Source: Macrostomum hystrix (Eukaryota > Animalia > Platyhelminthes). Taken from it: DNA of 64,000 nt. Under the pieces are notes generated by a model. The model was given only the letters and a program-made list of their open reading frames with translations. It was not told where the DNA came from and did no database searches. Shown in pieces: positions 11,801-23,760 of this stretch. A program made the translations under genes and the position numbers. Position 1 is the stretch's first letter, and each line of letters starts with the position of its first letter. The stretch spans positions 124,001 to 188,000 of the forward strand of contig CATNEN010000001.1 of assembly GCA_950097015.1 (NCBI GenBank), read 5' to 3'.

Positions 11801-14800
11801 CTCTGGCTCATTTCCATCGTCGAGGACAAGAAACTGTTCTTTGCAAAGGCAGCAGGTGATTTCGGAAGCAATGCCGTCAATTATGCCTTTTATCGCCAAG
11901 GGTTGGTCACAGTGAAGCTTTTGACAGACCGTTTTGGACTCAGCGAGTGTTTGAGCTGCATTGACAATCTAAATCGGGATTTGTTTTATGATTCTATTCT
12001 GAACAGCGCGAACCCGGCAGTATTTCCCTGGCTTCTCGAGCAGGTCTCCCAGCAATGTCCAGACAAGAAGTCCAGAATTTTCGAGTTGGATTCCAACGGC
12101 AACACTCTGCTTCATGCACTGTTTAGGAAGGTCGATTTGTTCGGCGATGCTGATGCGCTTGCAGTGCTGATCGGCCGCATCGACTTTCTTTTTGAAAATG
12201 AAGTTGATCCAAGAAAAGAAAACAAATTCAGACTCAACTGTCTGCTTGCCGCTGAATCCAGTGCTGACAATCTCAATCGTCTTTTGCGAGCTCTTCAAAG
12301 ATCAGCGCATTTGGAAATCTTCAGAAATCTGCAAAGAAACTCGGAGGGCCTTCACGCAGCTCATGTCTTCTGCACTCGCTACGAGCTCCGAGTTATCGAG
12401 AACGATTTGAGCAAGCTGTGCGGTCTCAGTCCTGACGAGCTCCTTGCAGTCCGAGTTTCTGACGGACCGCTGAAGGACGCGACTTGTCTGCACTTTGCCT
12501 GCGAATCCGGTCACAAGCTGAACATCGAATACCTTCTAAAGAAAGGACGGAAGCTGGAAGATGAGACAGACGCCGGGCAGACGAGTGTCGACTTTGCCTG
12601 CAACAAGGCGAAGCTCGAGGATGTTTTGGATGTTGCAGAGAAGTCAGTTGGTCTCGGAAAACTGCTCAAGCTGGTTGATCCAACGAAGCGAGCTCTGAAC
12701 CTTCCGGACGTTCAGAGCGCCCGAGGTCACCTGACTCGATTCAACGACTCATCGCTGAAGGCCAGCATTGAGGATGATAAATCCAGACGACAGACGAGAG
12801 GCAAGGAAGCCGGTGAGATGAAAAACGAGAGTCTGCAGGCCGGACACGGAGCTGACAGCATTTCAAAGTCCGAGGATTCGCCAGAAGTGAAAATGCTGTT
12901 CAGAGCATTCGAGCTCGACTCAAGTGAGATGCTCCGCAGCTTGATCAGTTTGGGCTTCGCCATCGATGAGATCGATGACCAGTTCTCCAGGCATGTCTCA
13001 AAGCAAATTGGCAATGGGCGGGAAAGCAGTAAGTGTCCTACAATAGCCAAGCTTCAAAAGTACTTCTCCTCAGAAGGAAGAGAATCTGAAGCTCTCATGC
13101 TGATGGAGTACGCAGTGCTGCTCGAGAAGCCGAAGCTGCTCAATGACCTGATGCTTCTGCCACAGTTTGACATCATCCCACAGACTTTGAGGCTGCTCGT
13201 TTATCTCAAGCCCAGAGTGAAGTCGAGCAATGTTGAGAATCTGAAAAAAGTGCAAGCTCTAGCCTTGAACATTGTCGTCAATGTTCTGGAGCACCTCTAC
13301 GTGAATGCTGATGAAGAAGAGCGGAATCTTGTTTTCGACTACCTGAGTGGCTCATTTATGGTGTCAGACGGGCATCCTCAGGTTCGAGGTCCGAGGTTCC
13401 CGCCACCATTGGATTATCTTACCAGACCAATTTCAAACGATAAAACTGATCACGAAAAAGTGAGCAAAGATGCGAAGACACCAAAAAAGCCATCAGAAAA
13501 GAAGTCTGCAGCTGCAGTGATGTCAGTGATGGATCTGGTGCAGACCCTGGACTGTGACGATGTGTTTGCCACTGACTGCATCAGCCAGTTGGTGGATCAG
13601 CAGTGGAACAAGGCTCCACCGTTGCCCTGGAGCAGTCCTGCACGCTGCTGCTCATGCAACATACCGCAAAAGGTGACAATTAAACAGCGGTTCTTCATCC
13701 ACTCTGCTTTTTTCCTGGTCTTTCTTCTCTACTTTGCCTGGTACGTGACGGATTTCAGTCGGACAAAGCAGTTTCCGATTCTAGACGTCGTCCTGTTGGC
13801 CTACGCGCTGTCCTTCACTCTGCAGGAAGTCAACGACTTGCTGAACAAGCTGTCTATGAAGGACATACGAATTTTCAGAAGGCACAGGAGATGTCCTCGC
13901 TACTTCACCGACTTCTTCAACTACTTTGACATGCTCGGCCTGCTGCTGATGTGGGCGGGGCTGGTCCTGAAGCTGCTTGGTCGGCTGAGCGACCCCAGCC
14001 TCATGCGCAGCTCTCAGGTCGTCCTCAGCGTCTCGTTCCTGTTCCTGGGATTCCGCTCCGTGGCCCTGCTCAGCTACTTCAAGGTCACTGGGCCGAACAT
14101 TAGTATGCTGAAGAGCTTGCTGTTCAAAGACCTGCTGCCATTCTTGATCATCATGCTGGTTCTGATCTTCTCATTTGGCATTTTCTTCTTCAACCTGCTG
14201 TTCCCGGCCTTCTCAGACCTGACAGACGTCCTGGCTCTCGTGAAGATTTTCACAACGCCCCTGGCGCTGGCCTTAAGCATCTTTGAGCTCTCGCTGTTCG
14301 AGTCGTGCAACTCCAGCAGTCTCGCGACCGGACAGACCTGTGCGGACAGTGGAGGCAACCAGGTGTACAGCCTATTCCTGATGTTCGTGTACGTCTTGCT
14401 GGTAAACATTGTGATGTTCAACCTGCTGATCGCACTGTTCAACCGCACCGTGACAGCGATGGCCAGCAGGGCGGAGGTTCTGTGGCGCAAGAATCGGTTC
14501 GAGCTGCTGGAGGAGTTCGCAGAGGTCAGTCCGGTTCCGCCGCCGCTGTCGTTCCCGCTCTACGCCTGGAAACTGCTGCGGAGGTGCCGCCCTTCGCACT
14601 GCCGACCCTGCGCTGGCAAAGTCGGTCCTTCTGACGGCTCTGAGAGAAGCAAGGTAAGAGGCCTGGTGGACTGAGGGACTGACTCTGTTACTCACAGATG
14701 ATAAATGGTCTGAATATATAGCCCTTAGATTCAGTCAGACAATGACCGAATCCAATTTTCAATTGCAAGAACTGATTGTGTGTACATGAATGCAAATGGC

Positions 14801-15690
14801 TTTGTAGCAAAGACATGCTCAGATTATAGTAAGCTGGGGCTGGTCATGAAACTCTTGAGGACTGATTAACCGTAGAAGCAAGGTAAGAGGCCTGGTGAGC
14901 ACAGGTGAACTGAGGGGCTGACTATGTTTACTCATATAGGCACTAGATTCAGTCAGACGATGACCGAATCCAATTCAGAGCAATGTTGGTTGTCCTTGTC
15001 ACCAGGGTCTTCGACGAGAATCGAACATGTGTGTGTATTTAATTTAAATTTAAATTAAGACCCTGTGGTCTTTGTACTGCTAAGGATTAGTCAAGCCTCC
15101 AACCCGTTTGCCTGAGTTCTTCAACCGCTAGAACCGAACCGCTAAGAGTTTTAAGGCGCTCTTTCTCATGGCTTCCGTTCCAGCCGTGGTGGACGAACCG
15201 CAGCGACTTCAGCGGCTACCCCGAAGGCTTCAGGCGCTTCCTGATCTTCCAGGCCGAGCAGCTGCGGCAGCAGCGGCCGCGGCTCCAGCGGGCGGTCGAG
15301 CGGCACAAGGGGGACGTCGATGTGCTGAAGGCACACGTGGAGAACCAGGTCAAGGACCTGCGGGAGGAACTGCGGGATAATATTCAGGATGTGCTCACCG
15401 CTCAGAGAGAGGACACTGAGAAAATCGAGACCGATGTGAAGGGCGTCAAAGAAATTGTTGGAAAGCTGAACGCGGATGTTGGAAAGCTGAACACGGATGT
15501 TGGAAAGCTGAAGGCGGATGTTGGAAAGCTGAACGAGGGCGTCAACGAACTCAAAGAGCTGCAGCTCCGCCAACGAAGACGAGCAAAGCGTCTAGACGAT
15601 AAGATGACAGAAAATTCCGAGAACCTGCAGCAGCAAATGTCGCAGGTGATGAGCATTCTGCAGCAACTGCAGCAGCAGCGTCAGCAGTGA
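2865..15690 (+). CDS. Giant ankyrin-repeat TRP-superfamily cation channel (copy 1), ~4100 aa; coding exons 2865-14653 and 15184-15690; two +1 homopolymer frameshifts (3217-3219, 5382-5387)
   Basis: ORFs 2865-3266, 3220-5478 and 5357-14674 join into one frame colinear with the paralog at 31145. Ankyrin motifs (LPVHIAA, GNTLLHAL, TCLHFAC). Pre-S1 FATDCISQLVDQQW, six hydrophobic helices, YFTDFFNYFD (S3), GPNISMLKSLLFKDL (S4-S5 linker), NLLIALFN (S6), WRKNR...PVPPPL TRP box. Phase-0 intron AAG|GTAAGA at 14654 to TTCCAG|CCG at 15184 adds an in-frame coiled-coil exon. Candidate acceptor TTTTCTTCAG at 2810 upstream of the ATG. Confidence 0.88.
3463..11785 (+). repeat. Coding tandem array: 38 x 219-bp units (73 aa, two ankyrin-like repeats each), followed by a diverged 39th unit
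   Basis: AATCCTGCAGTGTTTCTC recurs every 219 bp from 3463 to 11786 (8323 = 38x219 + 1 inserted A). Confidence 0.97.
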
Positions 15691-16474
15691 CGATGCGACT
15701 TCAGCACACGCAGTTTGTAAGCTCTGAACAGTTCTAGACGAAACTGAAGTAAAAAATCAACTCGTGCACATCAGTTTGTTTTAAATTGCAAAACAACTTT
15801 CTCTTTTCCAAAGCATCCTTGACTGCTTTCAGGCCTCCAAATCAATGCGGCGCGCCTTGAACTGGCAATTCTTCAGTTGCTGGGCTGCACAATCGCCTTG
15901 GATTTGTTTAAGAACTATTTTACCAACAGAAGATTTTCAATATCAAACTTTTAATTCAGCGAGATTTCGCTACCACTGTTTTAACAGACAATTAATTACA
16001 ATTACCATCATACTTAATTTAACTCAATTTAATTTAAAATAGAAGTTCTTGGAAGATAACTACATGAACGAGCCGTATATCACAAAACTATATTTGCTTG
16101 CTTTCTACTAGCTTTGTTCGGTATTTTAAACTATTCCATTTTTTCGAACTTTGTTGAGGTACCTCTGTGCGTTGAGTTTATAATTCAGAAACTGCCTTCA
16201 ACATTGACAATGCTTTTGTGCCATCACGCTTCACTTTCTACAATTTTCTAGTGTCTTGAAATGCTTGCTGAATTTCTTGTGCTCACTGGCACCTCAGTGT
16301 GCTCAAGCCCCACCCTGAGCTCGTTTCCGCTTTTACTTGAGTACTTAGCAAGCTTTCGTATATTTTCTGGTGCTTTTTTGGTGATGACAAAGAAACATTT
16401 CCTTGCTGATGAAATTTACAGCTTCTCAAACTCGGGCAGATTTAGCACTGATTGACAGTTTGATCGAGTAATGA

Positions 16475-18005
16475 GTCTAGAATCCGCTGTGTGAGCAGTC
16501 TAGAATTCCCCTGTGCAAAGCAGTCTAGAATGCCCTGTGCGAGCAGTCTAGAATCCCCTGTGTGAGCAGTCTAGAATCCCCTGTGCAAAACAGTCTAGAA
16601 AGCCCTGTGTGAGCAGTCTAGAATCCCCTGTGTGAGCAGTCTAGAATGCCCTGTGTGAGCAGTCTAGAATCCCCTGTGTGAGCAGTCTAGAATCCCCTGT
16701 GTGAGCAGTCTAGAATCCCCTGTGTGAGCAGTCTAGAATCCTCTGTGTGAGCAGTCTAGAATCCCCTGTGTGAGCAGTCTAGAATCCCATGTGTGAGCAG
16801 TCTAGAATGCCCTGTGTGAGCAGTCTAGAATCCTCTGCTCTGTGTGAGCAGTCTAGAATGCCCTGTGTGAGCAGTCTAGAATCATCTGTGTGAGCAGTCT
16901 AGAATGCCCTGTGTGAGCAGTCTAGAATCCCCTGTGTGAGCAGTCTAGAATCCCCTATGCAAAACAGTCTAGAATCCTCTGTGTGAGCAGTCTAGAATCC
17001 CCTGTGTGAGCAGTCAAGAATCCCCTGTGCAAAACAGTCTAGAATCCCCTGTGTGAGCAGTCTAGAATCCCCTGTGTGAGCAGTCTAGAATCCCCTGTGC
17101 AAAACAGTCTAGAATCCTCTGTGTGAGCAGTCTAGAATCCCCTGTGCAAAACAGTCTAGAATCCTCTGTGTGAGCAGTCTAGAATCCCCTGTGTGAGCAG
17201 TCTAGAATCCCCTGTGTGAGCAGTCTAGAATCCCCTGTGTGAGCAGTCTAGAATCCTCTGTGTGAGCAGTCTAGAATCCCCTGTGTGAGCAGTCTAGAAT
17301 CCTCTGTGTGAGCAGTCTAAAATCCTCTGTGTGAGCAGTCTAGAATCCCCTGTGTGAGCAGTCTAGAATCCCCTGTGTGAGCAGTCTAGAATACCCTGTG
17401 TGAGCAGTCTAGAATCCCCTGTGTGAGCAGTCTAGAATCCTCTGTGTGAGCAGTCTAGAATCCTCTGTGTGAGCAGTCTAGAATCCTCTGTGTGAGCAGT
17501 CTAGAATCCCCTGTGCAAAGCAGTCTAGAATCCCCTGTGCAAAGCAGTCTAGAATGCCCTGTGTGAGCAGTCTAGAATCCCCTGTGCAAAGTAGTCTAGA
17601 ATCCCCTGTGCAAAGCAGTCTAGAATCCCCTGTGCAAAGCAGTCTAGAATCCCCTGTGCAAAGCAGTCTAGAATCCCCTGTGCAAAGCAGTCTAGAATGC
17701 CCTGTGTGAGCAGTCTAGAATCCCCTGTGCAAAGCAGTCTAGAATGCCCTGTGTGAGCAGTCTAGAATCCCCTGTGCAAAGTAGTCTAGAATCCCCTGTG
17801 CAAAGCAGTCCAGAATCCCCTGTGCAAAGCAGTCTAGAATCCCCTGTGCAAAGTAGTCTAGAATCCCCTGTGCAAAGCAGTCTAGAATCCCCTGTGCAAA
17901 GCAGTCTAGAATCCCCTGTGCAAAGCAGTCTAGAATCCCCTGTGCAAAGCAGTCTAGAATCCCCTGTGCAAAGCAGTCTAGAATCCCCTGTGCAAAGCAG
18001 TCCAT
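16475..18005. repeat. Minisatellite, 23/24-bp units AGCAGTCTAGAATCCCCTGTGTG / ...GTGCAA
   Basis: Tandem periodicity; 23-bp variant at the 5' end, 24-bp variant at the 3' end. Confidence 0.97.
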
Positions 18006-18219
18006 AATCTATAAATTCAGTTTTTAGAAATTTATTAAGTATTTTTCACTTTTAAAATTTTCAAATAGTCAAAAACAAGCACTTTCCTTTAGATATAGAC
18101 CTTTGACTTGGTTTTGCTTTTTAATTTATTTCGGTTGTTCTTTTCTTAACTGCTATTATTGTGCACACCTTTTTAAGAACTAACAAGATTACATGCTTAT
18201 CGTTTAATCTATCTTTACT

Positions 18220-19245
18220 CACATGTTTATCTGGCGTTTACAGACCCAGCTCACATGTTTATCTTGTGTTTACAGCCCTACCTCACATGTTTATCTTGTG
18301 TTTACAGCCCTAGCTGACATGTTTATCTTGTGTTTACAGCCCCAGCTCACATGTTTATCTTGTGTTTACAGCCCTAGCTCACATGTTTATCTTGTGTTTA
18401 CAGCCCTAGCTCACATGTTTATCTTGTGTTTACAGCCCTAGCTCACATGTTTATCTTGTGTTTACAGCCCTAGCTGACATGTTTATCTTGTGTTTACAGC
18501 CCCAGCTCACATGTTTATCTTGTGTTTACAGCCCCAGCTCACATGTTACCTTATTTATACAGCCCCAGCTCACTTGTTTATCTTGTGTTTACAGCCCAGC
18601 TCACATGTTTATCTTGTGTTTACAGCCCAGCTCACATGCTTATCTTGTGTTTACAGCCCCAGCTCACATTCTTATCTTGTGTTTACAGCCCAGCTCACAT
18701 GTTTATCTTGTGTTTACAGCCCCAGCTCACATGTTTATCTTGTGTTTACAGCCCCAGCTCACATGTTACCTTATTTATACAGCCCCAGCTCACTTGTTTA
18801 TCTTGTGTTTACAGCCCCAGCTCACATGTTACCTTATTTATACAGCCCCAGCTCACTTGTTTATCTTGTGTTTACAGCCCAGCTCACATGTTTATCTTGT
18901 GTTTACAGCCCAGCTCACATGCTTATCTTGTGTTTACAGCCCCAGCTCACATTCTTATCTTGTGTTTACAGCCCAGCTCACATGTTTATCTTGTGTTTAC
19001 AGCCCTAGCTCACATGTTTATCTTGTGTTTACAGCCCAGCTCACATGCTTATCTTGTGTTTACAGCCCTAGCTCACATGTTTATCTTGTGTTTACAGCCC
19101 AGCTCACATGCTTATCTTGTGTTTACAGCCCCAGCTCACATTCTTATCTTGTGGTTACAGCCCAGCTCACATGTTTTTCTTGTGTTTACAAGTTACATGT
19201 GAGTAACCAGCTCACATGGTTATCTTGTGTTTACGGCCCTAGCTC
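18220..19245. repeat. Minisatellite, 31/32-bp unit CAGCCCCAGCTCACATGTTTATCTTGTGTTTA
   Basis: Tandem periodicity. Confidence 0.96.
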
Positions 19246-19639
19246 ACTCATTTCTAACACTAAATTGTTTTACAACAGTGTTCGGGTGTCTAATGGCATG
19301 AATGCTGCTTCACAATGGTCGAGTGTACAGTTTTCGAGTTGTATTTGAGCAGTTTTAGTCATGAATTGATCAAAATATTCAAAATTATCTTGGCTGAATC
19401 TGATCTGACACATGAGTGAAGCAACAGCTGTCATCCAATGGTCCCGAGTCCTGTTTCAAATCCCATGACTATTTTCTCCCTAGAATTGAATTATCCCAGA
19501 CTAAAAGCTGATTGACAGGAGCAATCGATGTTTATCCCAGCCATTTGCTCAAAATCAAAAGAAATAATTTTGTTATAAAAGTCTCAGACTCGAACTCTGA
19601 GAACTATTGACACCTTCTGATTAGAAACCTAATGTCTCT

Positions 19640-19805
19640 GACTTGCCTGATGATTCACTCACTCAGTTGGCACAATGTCACAGGTGTGGCTCTTGGACTT
19701 GGCTGATGATTCACCACTCAGTTGGCACAATGTCACAGGTGTGGCTCTTGGACTTGCCTGATGATTCACTCACTCAGTTGGCACAATGTCACAATTGTTG
19801 CTCTT
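19640..19805. repeat. 56-bp tandem repeat x3 (CTGATGATTCACTCACTCAGTTGGCACAATGTCACAGGTGTGGCTCTTGGACTTGG)
   Basis: Units start at 19647, 19703 and 19758. Confidence 0.93.
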
Positions 19806-20104
19806 GAGCCCGAGTCCTTGAAATTACGTTGTTTCATAAGACTTTATGCAGCTGAGGTTAGCTATGTTGCCTCGAACTCTCAAGACAAACATAAAGTACG
19901 AGTGTCAAGAGAAGTCAACTCAGATTTTGTTTAGTAGGCTAATAGGCTAATGGAGCAGAGAGAGAGGGTGGGAGGGGCAGAGAGGACCAACCTCTCAGGG
20001 CTAGCAAACGTTCAACTGGCGTGGATGTGCATAAGCCTACGCGAAGCCTTCTCAACAAGTCAAGTAGTTCGTAGAGTTGTGGAGTTTCTGGTTTGCTTCT
20101 GGTT

Positions 20105-20780
20105 AGGTTGTGGAGTTTATGAGTATGGTTGTGGAGCTTCTGAGTAAGGCTGTGGAGTTTATGAGTAAGGCTGTGGAGCTTCTGAGTAAGGCTGTGGAGT
20201 TTATGAGTAAGGCTGTGGAGTTTCTGAGTAAGGCTGTGGAGTTTATGAGTAAGGCTGTGGAGTTTATGAGTAAGGCTGTGGAGTTTATGAGTAAGGCTGT
20301 GGAGTTTCTGAGTAAGGTTGTGGAGTTTCTGAGTAAGGCTGTGGAGTTTCTGAGTAAGGCTGTGGAGTTTATGAGTAAGGCTGTGAAGTTTCTGAGTAAG
20401 GCTGTGGAGTTTCTGGTAGGTCGTGGAGTTTCTGGTAGGTCGTGGAGTTTCTGGTAGGTCGTGGAGTTTCTGGTAGGTCGTGGAGTTTCTGGTAGGTCGT
20501 GGAGTTTTTGGATAGGTCGTGGAGTTTCTGAGGTCGTGGAGTTTCTGGTAGGTCGTGGAGTTTCTGGTAGGTCGTGGAGTTTCTGGTAGGTCGTGGAGTT
20601 TCTGGTAGGTCGTGGAGTTTCTGGTAGGTCGTGGAGTTTCTGGTAGGTCGTGGAGTTTCTGGTAGGTCGTGGAGTTTCTGGTAGGTCGTGGAGTTTCTGG
20701 TAGGTCGTGGAGTTTCTGGTAGGTCGTGGAGTTTCTGGTAGGTCGTGGAGTTTTCGGATAGGTTGTGGAGTTTCTGAGAG
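20105..20780. repeat. Compound minisatellite: 21-bp GTGGAGTTTATGAGTAAGGCT, then 19-bp GTGGAGTTTCTGGTAGGTC
   Basis: Two adjacent arrays sharing a GTGGAGTTT core. Confidence 0.96.
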
Positions 20781-21656
20781 GTTTCTAAAGGTAACTACTA
20801 AACTAAAGGTGTGTACTTAAATTGAATGCTCAGGAATTTAAAATTCGTAAGACCCTAATCTTGAAAATTTGCCTAAAGCATACATTAATTAACATTGCTT
20901 TCCTGAACTTTTTTCTCAAACTAGAAAATGAGGATTGGTTCATCAAAATCCTTTGTTACGTTACGACTCATTCGTTAATTTTTTTCTAATCTAAAAGCTT
21001 CCTGAATTTTATTGGCGCGTCTATGATTACAACCATAAAAGTATGTGAAGCTAAGCCATTTTTGTTAATCTGCAATAAAGTCTAATTATAAACAGACACG
21101 AAATACTTTTAACAAACTTTGTTTAAGAGTCTAAATCAGACAGTTAACTTTTGTTAAACCCAATGCATCTTAAAAACCCATTCTTTCCGTCATTAACTAG
21201 ATTCTTTACTGTCATAATAAAAAATTAGCACTAAAAGCCACGAGGCCTACAGTGATAAAACCATAAAAACAGAAAACCCTGCAGAATTGATGTCGTAACG
21301 AAAAGTACAGAAATCTAAAATCGCATATAAATATTTAACTAAAAGGCGAACTGTGATTAAGATTACCATATGCATGTCGCAATGAACAACACAATGATCT
21401 GCACCCACTGGGAAAAAAGCAGGCGGCCCGCTTACGGCGGAGCAGCGTGGCGTAGAGTCTGTGCCGAAGTCGGGATGCGCCACGCTTAGCAAGCGGCTAG
21501 CACGCTATGGTGGCTGCAAAGTCGCAGTCTGGCCGTGTGAGAGATACAATTCAGACTACTGACAACAGTAGAAAAGCAAGGACTTGGCTGCAAAACTCTC
21601 ACATGACACTAAAAAATATCGCCATAGAAAATGACAAGCTTAAAAGAGACTTCTGT

Positions 21657-21774
21657 GCACACTGAGAGTGGTGGGAGAGGACTGCGTGTGGCTATGGCTG
21701 ACTGACGAAGGCAAACAAGCCAGAAACCGGTCTCGGTCTGCCAGCGCGAGGTTCGTTCCCCACTTTTAGTGTGT
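21657..21774 (+). ncRNA. Candidate type I hammerhead ribozyme with extended stem I
   Basis: CTGACGA (21702-21708), stem II GGC/AAACAA/GCC, GAAA (21723-21726), stem III ACCG/GTCT/CGGT, then a GTC cleavage triplet (after 21738). Flanks pair (GCACACTGAGAGTGG with CCACTTTTAGTGTGT, including G-U wobbles). Extra A residues flank stem II. Confidence 0.6.
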
Positions 21775-23513
21775 TACAGGCCGAATGCTAGCCGAAAGCG
21801 GTATCTACATTTCGAAGCGTTGCCACCGCAATGCCGAATTGCAAGCCTGTATGCATTGGCACTGGATGCTGACCAAATAAGAACACAATGAAAGGACAGA
21901 ACAGAATAAAACAGGAGGCACTTATCATTGAGCAGACATCAGACGAAAACGAGCCCGAGAATAAACTGCTCAATAGTAAATTTATAAGCAGCAGAGCTCG
22001 AAATTATTTTTATTTTATTTACAAATGACTAATTAGTCGATAACAATAGCGAGTATTCGAAGATTTTGAAAAATAAACTAGCTATATGTTTAACTGCGAA
22101 GCATAAGGAAATTATAGAAAACAGAGTGAATAACATTTGCCTAATAAAAATATTAATCGACAAGTTTGAGGAATCGCCATGCACCTTTGGGAGGGCAACT
22201 GCTTTTCCATCTGGTATACCAGAGACGATTTGGCGGCAAGTAGTGTAAGTGCCTTATGTGTAGCAGGCGCGACTCACACGGATATTCATAAAGGTTGCAA
22301 CGAAGAATATTAATTGTTCGTTATACCGCCATGACAATCAACAGAATTTGCCCCTTCACGGCCTTCAGTTGCACCAATATAATGCGACTCAGGACGGTAA
22401 TGACTTCTGAATCCTGTAGAAAACCGGCAAATCTTAGTGATAATCCCCTCCACTGGAACATGTTTCCACTTGACACTCCTGCAGTAGGTTCAGACAACAC
22501 CAGGATTTTCTTCAGCCAAAGCTAATTGCACAATTACTGCAGTGACAGGTTTACTGTCTTATTTAGCAGTAATTGCCAGCCGAAATGACTGACTAGCAAG
22601 AGTGCCAATTCCATGATGTATAAACTAGTTCATTAATAGAAAACTGGCTGAACTTTGACTTTTTGTCTTCAGGAAAGTAGAGTAGAGCACACTGCCTATT
22701 TTCAAATGCTAACTTTGAAAAGGATTGTAGAACAAGTTGCTGAAATGAATAAAATATAAATGAGTGATAGCATACAGATAATTTGTTAGCTAAGCAATTG
22801 TTTTACCTAGCAAAAGTGGCTCTAATGCTATAGTAGAATGCCTGCCGTAACGGCCACCGTAACGCTGCAACGGATAGAAGAGACGCTGATTGCGGGCCGA
22901 CTACGCAATGGCTACAGAATAGAGCTTGCTGCTGAAGTTGCTGCTTCCGAGCCTAGCTCTCGCAGCTGTCTTTGTACCTCACAATACGAGTATGCCAACT
23001 GCAACAATAAGCCACAATGAGCATAAGACTCAGAGACTAAAACTGTCTGCAGCCATAAAAATGGAGGCTGTCGAGGCTTTGAAATCTTTCGCCCAAGAAA
23101 AACTTTAGTCATAAAGGAAAGCCGAATCGAGCACAGACTCTTAATTGAGGCTCGAGTAGTGCTCTAGCTGCTCAGCCGTGTTCTCGAACTCAACTCGGGG
23201 TTTGGTGGGTCCTTTGTGTAGCCGCACAGATTCTCTCTTGTGTTGAGGCACAAGTTGAGTACAGGACTCATTCTTTTAAATGCTGAGCAGCCAAGAATGT
23301 ATTTTACCTGGCATTGAAACTGATGCAAATGGAGGCTGCGAATGGGGGATGGTCATTTTGTCTCCTACTCAAACTCAACTCAACTAGTAAGTCTACTCAG
23401 TGCAGCCATGCAGAAATATTTCTATATGAGCTCAGAAAGCATTGCGATAGAGGAGCCCTAAAAACTGATGCACACAGTCGCAATGCAGTGTGGCCTGCGA
23501 TGCCCATCCTTCT

Positions 23514-23536
23514 GTTGCTAGGCAACAATAAACAAA
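23514..23536. promoter_or_regulatory. RFX X-box (GTTGCTAGGCAAC) with adjacent forkhead-type site (AATAAACAAA)
   Basis: Near-palindromic X-box consensus; the same pairing recurs at 26066-26089. Confidence 0.55.
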
Positions 23537-23630
23537 CTGGCGCCAATTTAAGAGCCGGAGTGGAGCATCGTTTCGCTCTTCATTTGCGACGGCAGCTTTC
23601 AAGCAGCCGACTGACCGACATCCACCGACC

Positions 23631-23760
23631 GAGTCTCTCCTTTGCTAGGCGACTCTCTCCGTTGCTAGGCGACTCTCTCCGTTGCTAGGCGACTCTCTCC
23701 GTTGCTAGGCGACTCTCTCCGTTGCTAGGCGACTCTCTCCGTTGCTAGGCGACACTCTCC
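23631..23760. repeat. 20-bp tandem repeat GACTCTCTCCGTTGCTAGGC (X-box-like GTTGCTAGGCGAC), ~6 copies
   Basis: Tandem periodicity; related arrays at 26178-26347 and 27796-27880. Confidence 0.93.

Larger units (their letters stand above)
2310..20780 (+). repeat. Segmental tandem duplication, copy 1 (TRP gene, 3' flank and the same ordered minisatellites as ~30830-40410)
   Basis: Near-identical unique sequence: 15690-16480 vs 35917-36700, 18005-18220 vs 37205-37420, 19245-20105 vs 38822-39790. Weaker homology upstream (TTAGCTATTTCATTA at ~2327 and ~30847). Confidence 0.93.

Noticed and set aside
3352-11899. Long antisense ORFs over the ankyrin array
   Set aside because: By-product of a 219-bp unit with few stops on the reverse strand; they break whenever the TTA/TAA variant occurs
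19640-19805. CTGATGA in the 56-bp repeat as a hammerhead core
   Set aside because: No stem II/GAAA/stem III follows
22926-23108. Short ORF with a signal-peptide-like start (LLKLLLPSLALAAV)
   Set aside because: Begins at TTG rather than ATG, is only 60 aa and has no other coding support
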